From an uncultured Planctomycetota bacterium (GTDB lineage: Bacteria > Planctomycetota > Planctomycetia > Isosphaerales > Isosphaeraceae), in contig CAWGMQ010000006.1 in NCBI GenBank assembly GCA_963823665.1, positions 1,088,001 to 1,152,000 of the forward strand: a stretch of 64,000 nucleotides of DNA, given 5' to 3'. Below are positions 43,962-53,116 of the stretch, in pieces (position 1 is the first letter of the stretch; every line of letters begins with the position of its first letter). Made by a program: the position numbers and the translations under genes. Under the pieces are notes generated by a model that saw nothing but the letters and a program-made list of their open reading frames with translations, was not told the origin of the DNA and searched no databases.

Positions 43962-44456
43962 AGGAATCGATCGAGGCCGTCGCCATCGCGCTACAGGCCT
44001 GTCACAATGCTCAACGCCGCGAAGCCCACTTCTCGCATATTCGTTGTTATGGGGGTCTGGGGGAAATATCTGCGCGTCGTTCGCTACAAAATGCAGGAAC
44101 AAACCCCAAATAATCGAGTCATGTTGTTGATTGCTTGGGGAGTTCATGGGGAGTTCCATTCACATCTGCTTATTTGAATGGTGCGATGCGTGTGCCGTGG
44201 GCGTAAGCGCCTAGTGCACGAGGGCGACCCCGCACCCAGCCTTCGGCCGGTAATGCCAGGCACGCGATCAGCGGGGGTGTGGAGGGCTCTTGGCGGAGCT
44301 TGATGAAGGTGCGTGCTTGCTTTGCCCCGCGCAGTTGGGGTCGCGACCGGGATATTTACCACGAGGGCGGAATCGCAATTGGGGGAAACGAAGATTTTTC
44401 GAAAAACTGATCAGCTACTATCATCCTTTATGCGTGCGAGCGAACGAGAAGACGCA

Positions 44457-44478
44457 CTTTCGCGGAGCGAAAGGCGAC
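44457..44478. repeat. REP-like hairpin CTTTCGC-GGA-GCGAAAG-GCGAC
   Basis: Perfect 7-bp stem; second copy at 30678-30699 in the opposite orientation. Confidence 0.75.
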
Positions 44479-44716
44479 ACTGAACGGGTGATACTGGGCC
44501 AACGGCGGGTGCTCGCGGGCGAGATTTCCGCTTCGAGTTAATGCGAAGGCGAGATTCATCGGAAGCGAAAAACGCACGAACGAACCTAGCGGGCTCAGGT
44601 GGCTGGGAATGCATAAGTTGAGGCTCGAATTGTGATTGAATCAGAAAGCGAGAACGCAATGGGGCTTGACAACGTGGCCGGAATTCGCGAACGAACCCGA
44701 GGGGGGGACGAGGGAG

Positions 44717-44737
44717 TTTGGATTTTGGATTTTGGAT
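44717..44737. repeat. Heptamer tandem repeat (TTTGGAT)x3
   Basis: Three exact copies, intergenic. Confidence 0.8.
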
Positions 44738-44898
44738 TGAAGGAGCCAAAGCCCGGGACAAGGGCGCTGGACGGAGAGAGGATCGCAGTGACCGGCTCCG
44801 CCGCATGCTATTCCCGTAATCCTTGTGGCGTAAGGGCGCGCGACGAATATACAAAACGAACTGGCTGTTGGGGGGTGGGGGGTCGAATGTGGAGGGTG

Positions 44899-44946
44899 GG
44901 ATTAGGATTAGGATTAGGATTAGGATTAGGATTAGGATTAAGATTA
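44899..44946. repeat. Microsatellite (GGATTA)x7 plus AGATTA
   Basis: Seven exact copies at 44899-44940, then one variant. Confidence 0.95.
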
Positions 44947-45036
44947 TGAGCAGGAGTAGGAGTGGTGCAGTGAAACGACTTTCAACACGCGGGACGAGCG
45001 GGCCGTGGCTTACGCGTTTGCAGTTTGAGCACGCGT

Positions 45037-45055
45037 TGGGTTGCACCCACCCTAC
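45037..45055 (-). repeat. GTAG-type REP-like hairpin
   Basis: Minus strand reads GTAGGG-TGGGT-GCA-ACCCA. Confidence 0.6.
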
Positions 45056-45667
45056 GATCACGTCGTCGGCACCGTTCTGGGTCGATCGTGCGCACCAAAA
45101 CGGCGCTGGCGGTCGGCCTGATTCACGAGCTCGGGTTCAAGCGTCCCCGGACCCAGGGCGAGACGCCGGGATCTTTCCGGGGGGGGCGGGTCCAGCCGGC
45201 CGCGTGTTCACAATTAACAAAGAAATCGCTCATTCCCGTAAGGTCCTACGTTGCAGCCGTATCAATTGAGTGATTGCACTTTTTTTGGAGGCTTTCATTG
45301 CCGAAAGACGAAACCGGTCGCATATAAGTACATGGGGAGAGTCAGCGGATGCGCGATGCTGGCGCGATGGGCTGGCTGGCTCCCTTTGGTTTCCCACCTC
45401 ATCGTCATCGTCCTCCTCGATCTCCATTCCTCCTGAGAACAGCGCCAAAATTCGCCCCTCAGAGTGCAACCCAATGCGAAATGCTGATCTATTGGCCGCG
45501 GCCGGGCTTGCCTTGGCACTTGCGGGGGACGACCGGGATTCGGGCGTGGGCCAGGTCGCGGGCCGCGCGGCGGGGAGTCTGAGCCAACGGCAGGTGCGCG
45601 CGGGCGAGTTTCGGCTTCGAGCAGCGAAGTGGAGGTGATTTGCTTGACGTACGTCGAATGCGGAGTC

Positions 45668-45689
45668 GTCAGGCTGAAGCCTGACCTAC
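45668..45689 (-). repeat. GTAG-type REP-like hairpin
   Basis: Minus strand reads GTAG-GTCAGGCT-TC-AGCCTGAC (8-bp inverted repeat). Confidence 0.7.
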
Positions 45690-45742
45690 GGGACGTGGGG
45701 CGTTCCCTTAATGCTTACAGAGCAAGGAGCGTCGTCGAACTG

Positions 45743-47473
45743 TCAGTACAGTGCAATGGCGCGCCCGTGCCCACCGTGGCCACCCTGGATTTTCACAGCC
45801 GCGAACAGAAAATACGCATCACGCGGCATCTGGCCGACGTTGGTCAGGCACTCGACCCCGACCATCCCCTTGGCACCCAGGGCCCAGTACGTCCAGAGCG
45901 CACGCTTCGGCTCGACCCCGCCCAAGGTTGGTGCGTCCGTGGCCACGCAGCGCACACCTTTGCCGGCCAGATACACGATCGCATCCGGCCCCGGCGCCGG
46001 CCAGCCTTCGCTCGCGCCGTTGAGCGGGTCTTCCATGAATGCCTTGCCCAGCGGAAGCGGACGCAGGAAGCGGTCGGACCAGCCGGTGTGGAAAACCACG
46101 ACGTCGCCCGGCCGCAGCTCGCCGTGCGCTTTTTCATCGCCTTCAATCATCGCGACGGTGATCTCCGGCGAGACGGGCCACGTCTTCGGGTCGCTCGTGC
46201 ACGCGAGATGCCGCACGTCGATCACCCGCGCCGGTCCGCAGGATTGGGCGATCGGCACCTTGTCGGTCGTGACGCTGCTCGTGCCGCGCGGGCCGTACTT
46301 CTGTTGATAAGCAGCCAGCCATTCCTGGACCTCACTCGAATAAGTGCGGTCGTCGAAGCCTTCGTCCGGCAGCGCGTACGATGGAGGGACCAGGTGAGTG
46401 CCCGAATGGCTATCCAGCATGTGCATGTCAAACGGCAGTCGGGTGTTGGGATTGTAGCCGAACTTGATCGTGACAAAGGGCTGGCGATGATGGCCGATAC
46501 CGGCGCCGGGCCAGGAAAGCGGCAGGTCGTCCGCGAGCGTGACCGAAAGGTCGACGACTCGTTGCGTCCTGGCGGAGTCGATCAGACGCCTGGCGAGCGG
46601 GTCACCGATCACGGCGAACGCTCGCCCCTCACCGTAGGCGCCGCCGCCGTACCTGGGCGAGAGGATGCAGTAGAACGCGCCGGTGGCGGGGAGCGTGCCG
46701 AGCCCGGTGGCGCTCTCTGTCCAGATCATCCCGTGCTTGAGGCCGGCGAAGTGTGTTGGCTCCGCCAGGTCGACGAGGGGGCCCATGCTTGCGCTGTCGG
46801 TGCCCAACGCCATGACCTTGCGCCCGGCCAGGTACTCCACACACTCAGGATCGGGGTCGGGCCACGCCGGCGACTGCTTTGCCAACGGGTCGGCCGCATA
46901 TCGGCGGCCTTGCGGAAGCGGCTGGTAATAAGTGTCGCTATAGCCGCTCATGAACAGAACGATGTCGCCTGTCCCGAGCGGCCGATGTTCTTTCTCCCAT
47001 GTGATCACCCGTTCCTTTTTGATCAGACTGCTCTGGCCCGCGGGTGCATTGTCTCTCAGGTCGCGACAATCGATCACACAGGCTTCGCCGGCGAACTGCC
47101 AGGGGGGAATCTTGTCGGTGTAAGCGCGGCCGAACTCGCCTGCGTTCGAAAAACCCGACTCACGCGGGGTGACCGAGTGCGGCGGCGCGTCGAGCTGCGT
47201 GCCGGTGTTGCCGTCGATGATCAAGATCTCGCTTCGATAGGGACTGAGGCGGCCGATTCGCTCGTAGGGGTTAATCTGAAACGGCGGAAAAGTCGGCCAG
47301 ATGCAGGGATACTCGGAAGAGACCAGGAGTGAGAGATCGACGAATTGCCGCGAGGAATCGCGCGCCTCCTGGCCAAGGCAGCGCCCCGTCGACGTGACCG
47401 CCTGGATACACAGGTACGCGGCGAACGCGATGCGACGAGCACGTCGCATTCCGGCGGAGAGAGGGGGCGCCAT
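45743..47473 (-). CDS. Exported protein with two tandem cyclase-family (kynurenine formamidase/KynB-like) domains
   Basis: Two FVDLS/VVDLS..GT(Q/H)L..P..G.A.VID.R..GD.V.F..G..TD..E...G.GRA units; signal-peptide-like N-terminus. Confidence 0.88.
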   Translation of the reverse strand: MAPPLSAGMRRARRIAFAAYLCIQAVTSTGRCLGQEARDSSRQFVDLSLLVSSEYPCIWPTFPPFQINPYERIGRLSPYRSEILIIDGNTGTQLDAPPHSVTPRESGFSNAGEFGRAYTDKIPPWQFAGEACVIDCRDLRDNAPAGQSSLIKKERVITWEKEHRPLGTGDIVLFMSGYSDTYYQPLPQGRRYAADPLAKQSPAWPDPDPECVEYLAGRKVMALGTDSASMGPLVDLAEPTHFAGLKHGMIWTESATGLGTLPATGAFYCILSPRYGGGAYGEGRAFAVIGDPLARRLIDSARTQRVVDLSVTLADDLPLSWPGAGIGHHRQPFVTIKFGYNPNTRLPFDMHMLDSHSGTHLVPPSYALPDEGFDDRTYSSEVQEWLAAYQQKYGPRGTSSVTTDKVPIAQSCGPARVIDVRHLACTSDPKTWPVSPEITVAMIEGDEKAHGELRPGDVVVFHTGWSDRFLRPLPLGKAFMEDPLNGASEGWPAPGPDAIVYLAGKGVRCVATDAPTLGGVEPKRALWTYWALGAKGMVGVECLTNVGQMPRDAYFLFAAVKIQGGHGGHGRAIALY

Positions 47474-47673
47474 GGTTTGGGTCCTTTCGATCGGATTGGG
47501 GCGTCACATTGCTGCCTATTCAGGCGTATTCCCATGAAAACCACGTCAATGCAAGCACGCAAATCTTGTGACGTTGAGTTCGATGGGTTAGAATACGACA
47601 GCCGGCGCGATTTCGCGAGCGGGGCCTTTCCTTTCCAAGATGGACTCGTGTTGCACGAGGTTAGAGAAAGCTG

Positions 47674-48209
47674 ATGAAGGCTGAGCTGGTGCCCGAGAAT
47701 GGTGATCCGCCGATTCCGATCGTGCGCGACGTGACGGTGATTGGCCGGCATGAGAACTGTGACGTGGTGATCCAGGGGCCGGGAATCTCGAAGCGGCACT
47801 GCGTGATGGTGAAGACCGACGGGTTGCTGGTGATCCGCGACCTTGCAACGACGAATGGAACGAAGGTGAAGGGGCAGCGAGTACGATGGGCAGCGCTTTT
47901 GCCCGAGGACCGAGTGAGCCTCGGGCGGTTACAAGATCCGCATTTATCTGGGCTCGGACGAGATGCCGTCGCCATCGGAGGTTCGTCGCGATCGGGCGCT
48001 GGCGAGCGCTCCGCCCACGGCGTTGCGGGCGGCGCCCGTGAGAGCATCAGGTAATGCCCCGACTGCCCGCCCGGCCCGGGAGGACGGCAACGTGCCGGCG
48101 TGGGGCGGCCGGGAGAGCACGCTGGCGGCGAGTGCCGCAGCCCGAGTTCGGGGAAGGCGGCTTCGAGATCGTCGATGACGATGACGACGACATCATCGAT
48201 CTCGAATAA
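47674..48209 (+). CDS. FHA domain protein with acidic tail (two apparent frameshifts)
   Basis: IGRHENCD, ISKRHC and DLATTNGTKV motifs. An extra base near 47925 restores LGGYKIRIYLG; the tail PEFGEGGFEIVDDDDDDIIDLE* ends at 48209 in another frame. Confidence 0.82.
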
Positions 48210-48229
48210 CCGCTTCGGTAGGCTAACCA

Positions 48230-48254
48230 CGTTCCCACGCTTTGCGTGGGAACG
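48230..48254. repeat. Perfect 11-bp hairpin between convergent genes (REP-like or bidirectional terminator-like)
   Basis: CGTTCCCACGC-TTT-GCGTGGGAACG between the FHA gene and csrA; no poly-T tail. Confidence 0.7.
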
Positions 48255-48335
48255 TTCCTCGTGCCGCGCTGCGGCGTGCCGGCGGCCGAACCGGGAACTA
48301 TTCCCGGCCTGTTCCTCAGGGCCGCCGCGGATTGC

Positions 48336-48605
48336 TCAATCCCCTTCGGGCCGGCGCCGCGGATCACGCCTGCCTGGCGGTGGCGGACTGTGACGGTCGA
48401 TCTGGCGGGCGTCATGAGGCTCGAGCCGGCTCGCCTGGCGATTCTCGCGCTGGATGGCCTCGTACACCTCTTGGCGGTGTACCGAGATTTCGATCGGGGC
48501 TGCGATCCCCAGTCGGACTTTATCGCCGCGAATATCCACGACGGTGATAACAATATCATCGCCAATGATGATACTCTCGTCGCGGTGTCGGGACAGGACC
48601 AGCAT
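48336..48605 (-). CDS. csrA: Carbon storage regulator CsrA with C-terminal extension
   Basis: MLVLSR..ESIIIGDDI.ITV..IRGDKVRLGI.AP..ISVHR.EVY..IQ.EN; Asn55 present; GGAGGAAGGAG leader. Confidence 0.97.
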   Translation of the reverse strand: MLVLSRHRDESIIIGDDIVITVVDIRGDKVRLGIAAPIEISVHRQEVYEAIQRENRQASRLEPHDARQIDRHSPPPPGRRDPRRRPEGD

Positions 48606-48741
48606 CGTTTACGGCTCCTTCCTCCTGCCAGCGAGACCCGCGGCCGCCCCTGATCTGGAGTGCAAGAGCACAGTTCGACCGTGACGGAGCTGGGGGTGGT
48701 ATGTTGCCACTTAGACTCATGCTGCTGTTAGCAAGAGCGGG

Positions 48742-49221
48742 TTACGCCGTCGCTCGCAGCGGTGATGGCCCAGGCAGCAAGGTTGGTGCCGGGGCGTAAG
48801 CATACGTCTCTACAGGATACCGCACGGGATAGCGGCTGGAGGTCAAAACCAGTTGCCGGCCCAGGCGGCGGATCGGATTGAAGACAAGCGGTCCTTGCAG
48901 ATTGACCGTCAGCCCACCCCCTTCTGCCCGGTTCAGAATCACGTAAACGAGCGCGGATCGCTCATCGTCCAGCTCGAGTGCGGCACGGTCACCCTGGCGA
49001 AGCTCGATCCGGTAGTCGCCGACGGCCAGAGGCGGCGGCACCAGCCCGAATGCGAGCTCCGGAGCCGTGATGCTCTGAAGCCATGACAGACCGTTTGCGA
49101 CCGGGTCGGGCAGATGAACGAACTGATTGAATGAGCGGAAGCCCAGCAACCCTTCCGGAATCAGAATCACGTCCGTTTCGCTAGCCTCAATCAGGCCGAA
49201 GCGGGTCGAGAGGATGTTCAC
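48742..49221 (-). CDS. fliW: FliW family protein (CsrA antagonist)
   Basis: STRFG..E, EGLLGF, WLQS..PELAF and TVNLQGPLVFN..GRQLVL..YPVRYP motifs; AAGGAGG RBS before GTG; upstream of csrA. Confidence 0.92.
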   Translation of the reverse strand: MNILSTRFGLIEASETDVILIPEGLLGFRSFNQFVHLPDPVANGLSWLQSITAPELAFGLVPPPLAVGDYRIELRQGDRAALELDDERSALVYVILNRAEGGGLTVNLQGPLVFNPIRRLGRQLVLTSSRYPVRYPVETYAYAPAPTLLPGPSPLRATA

Positions 49222-49552
49222 TCGTTACCTCCTTGATCGTCGCACCGGGCGAAAGCCTTGCGATGCCATGCATCTCCCGGCGCGATTGGGACGTCCTGAT
49301 GGTGAGCGATCTGCCTTTTGCTTGCGAGCACTTTCGCTGGTTCGAGGAACCAGCTTGACCGCCCTTTATATCGTCGCTCGTCTCGAGCGAGATCGAGTCG
49401 CACTCGACGGAAATCCAAGCGCGAGTACGCCTCGCGATGGCTGCGCCAGTCGCTCCGTTCGTAACGGAGGCGCAACGTAACTCCTCGGCCGTTCGCTGCG
49501 CAATTGCCCTGTTGCGCCGGTTGTGGGCCGTCTCGCGGCTCGCCGCGGCTCG

Positions 49553-49843
49553 TCAGGAACGGTAGTTCTCTTCCAACCCCCACAATCGTTGCAGGAAACG
49601 GTCTCGTTTTCCGGGCTCGTAGCGGTAAATCGCCATCTCCTCGATCGTTTCACCCGGAGCGGGAGTGTAGTGCTGCTGCCGCTCGAGCGAATTCCTGAAA
49701 ACGTCGCCCAGATGCTCCGAGCACGCAAAGCCGTAGGTCTTGAGCTCGGCCAGGCGCCCATCCGTCCACCGGGCGGCGATCTTGTACGCGGCTCCCTCGG
49801 TGCATGTCGGATGCGAGCAAGTGACATGAATGGTCTTGGCCAT
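49553..49843 (-). CDS. Small hypothetical protein with possible Zn site (CxxxxC...CxxH)
   Basis: MAKTIHVTCSHPTC..AAYKIAARWTDG..ELKTYGFACSEH; globular composition; divergent from thiC. Confidence 0.7.
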   Translation of the reverse strand: MAKTIHVTCSHPTCTEGAAYKIAARWTDGRLAELKTYGFACSEHLGDVFRNSLERQQHYTPAPGETIEEMAIYRYEPGKRDRFLQRLWGLEENYRS

Positions 49844-50032
49844 GGCCCGGCTGCCTTCACCAGAGGTCACGGGAAATCAAAAACAAACCGCTCTTCGACG
49901 TCACTACCTTAACGATTCCTTCCAGAATTGTTATACCCAAAGAGTCGGAACGACCACGAACATGACGATAAACGCGCCTCCGGCTGCGCTCCGGAGACCG
50001 TGCTACGAGTGATTCGAGAGGATACGCTCATC

Positions 50033-51371
<1,339 letters not shown>

Positions 51372-51572
51372 GCTAGTCCGCTTGAGATACGATTGTACGG
51401 TCGGCCGTGGCAAGCCGGGCAAAAAAGTAGCCGCTAGAATCTTACGGCGCGGACTTCCGGGCAGTAGGATGGTCGGTTCGATGCTCGCCTTGCCGAGAGT
51501 CGACTGCATCTCTTCAATGCGTCCGAACACGACGACGTCCCAATTTCTCCATGTGCTTCAGGGAGCTTCGCG

Positions 51573-52649
51573 ATGTACCGATTGATACGAACAGCGCTGG
51601 GAATGTTCTTGATCTTGCTCATGTCTGGGGGTACGGTCCGCGGCCAGGGCTGGGGCTGGGAAATGTGGGGAGGCTGGTCACAGACGCCGGAAGGTGCGCT
51701 CGCGCAGGGAATGGGGCACTACTACACGGGAGCCGGGATCTTCAACGAAAAGACCGCGATCGCCGATTCGATCAACCTGGACACGCTCATCCGGTGGAAC
51801 GATTATCTCTATCAGGCCAACCTCGAAGCTGGCCGCCGGAATGTCGAACGCCGGCGCGAGAATTCCGCCAATAACCGGACCCAGAACGACGCGATCATCA
51901 CAAGGATCAGGGACAATCCCACGGCGCGTGACATCGAGATGGGCGATGCACTCAACGCCGCGGTCAATCAACTGACCCATCCCAAAGTTTCCAGCTCGGC
52001 CTTGAAGATTGCCGCCTCGGCCCCGGTCGAAGCAAGCGTCATCGCCGATATCCCGTTTCGCAATGCTTCAGAAGCGGTGACGATCGTGCTCAGTCAGATC
52101 AAAGCGGTGACCAGATGGCCGGCAGCGCTTGAAGCGGAGCGATTCGCGGAAGATAAAAAGGCGTTCACGGAAATCGTTGACAAGGCGATCAAGGAAGACG
52201 ATGAGGGCGATATCTCCTCGAGTACGCTGAAAGCCGGGCATGAATTCATCAATGGGCTTCGCGCCAAGCTCGCCGCGCAGCCGCTCGAGGGAGCGAAGGC
52301 TCGTGACGAAGCATCCAGGTTCGTAAAAACCTTCGCGGGCCTGGTGCGGCTGCTCGAGAATCCTGACACGACCGAGGCCTTGAAGCAGTTGCGCATGGTC
52401 CAGACGACGCCGCTAGCCAACCTGATCGCGTTCATGGAGATTTACAACCTCCGGTTCGGCCAGGCCACGAGTCCCAGACAGCGGCTCATCTACCGCGAGC
52501 TGTTCGCGCAAATCGACAAGGTGCGCGACCAGGTCGTCAAGGAAGCCAACCTCCAGGAATCCATAGCGGCCCTTCCCGATCCCGCGGCTGCCACTGACTT
52601 CTTCAGCAAGCTGTTTCTCGACTCCGCGGAGGACAAAGCAAAGAAGTAA
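51573..52649 (+). CDS. Exported helical hypothetical protein
   Basis: 358-aa ORF with signal peptide (MYRLIRTALGMFLILLMSGGTVRG) and GGAG RBS. Confidence 0.8.
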   Translation: MYRLIRTALGMFLILLMSGGTVRGQGWGWEMWGGWSQTPEGALAQGMGHYYTGAGIFNEKTAIADSINLDTLIRWNDYLYQANLEAGRRNVERRRENSANNRTQNDAIITRIRDNPTARDIEMGDALNAAVNQLTHPKVSSSALKIAASAPVEASVIADIPFRNASEAVTIVLSQIKAVTRWPAALEAERFAEDKKAFTEIVDKAIKEDDEGDISSSTLKAGHEFINGLRAKLAAQPLEGAKARDEASRFVKTFAGLVRLLENPDTTEALKQLRMVQTTPLANLIAFMEIYNLRFGQATSPRQRLIYRELFAQIDKVRDQVVKEANLQESIAALPDPAAATDFFSKLFLDSAEDKAKK

Positions 52650-52987
52650 TGGGCGACGCGCTCAATGCGGCGATCAATCAACTCTCCGACCCGAGGATTT
52701 CGAGCTCGGCGCTCAAACTAGCCACGGCTCCCGTCGAGGCCAGGGTCATCCGGGAAATCGCGTTTCGCAATGCCTCCGAAGGCGTCACGATGGTTCTGAG
52801 CCATATCAAAGCCGCAACCACGTGGCCCCGAGCACTCGAGGGAGCGCGGTTCGCCGACCAAAAAAAGGACTTCGAGTTAATCCTTGAGCGGGCGATCAAG
52901 GAAGACGACCAAGGCGACGTCTCTTCGGATACGCTCAAGCTGGGGCATGCGCTCGTCGACGTCCTGCGCATCCGGGCTGCGACGTAA
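52649..52987 (+). pseudogene. Diverged partial paralog of the preceding gene (internal about 110 aa)
   Basis: MGDALNAAINQL..SSSALK..APVEA..FRNASE.. aligns with the segment starting at 51939; the ATG overlaps the upstream TAA. Confidence 0.7.
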
Positions 52988-53116
52988 CGAGAACCGTAGC
53001 GTTGGGCCGGCGATACTTCTACAATTAATGCAGTCCTGGAGTTCCGGTCGGCGGATGTTGAGCGTTCTGGCTCCCATCTGCTCCGTCGACCTGGCTGTGG
53101 CCCTCGCCGCCATCAG

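Larger units (their letters stand above)
42256..44153 (+). mobile_element. IS110-family insertion sequence, apparently complete (about 1.9 kb, GAG core at both ends)
   Basis: Contains an IS110 recombinase. GAG at 42256-58 and 44151-53; joining the ends creates TTGCTT-N17-TAAGGT. About 260-bp structured non-coding left end; no terminal inverted repeats seen. Confidence 0.8.

Noticed and set aside
44240..44270. GGTAATGCC resembling part of a TPP riboswitch
   Set aside because: The CTGAGA and ACCTGA elements are missing and no thiamine gene follows
44899..44946. Eukaryotic telomere repeat or contamination
   Set aside because: Only seven units, not TTAGGG, and embedded in continuous bacterial sequence
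44411..45269. ORFs with poly-IL, poly-IR or poly-GL tracts
   Set aside because: These are translations of the GGATTA microsatellite, not credible proteins
45200..45330. Replication origin in the AT-richer intergenic tract
   Set aside because: No convincing DnaA-box cluster and no dnaA/dnaN or rep gene nearby
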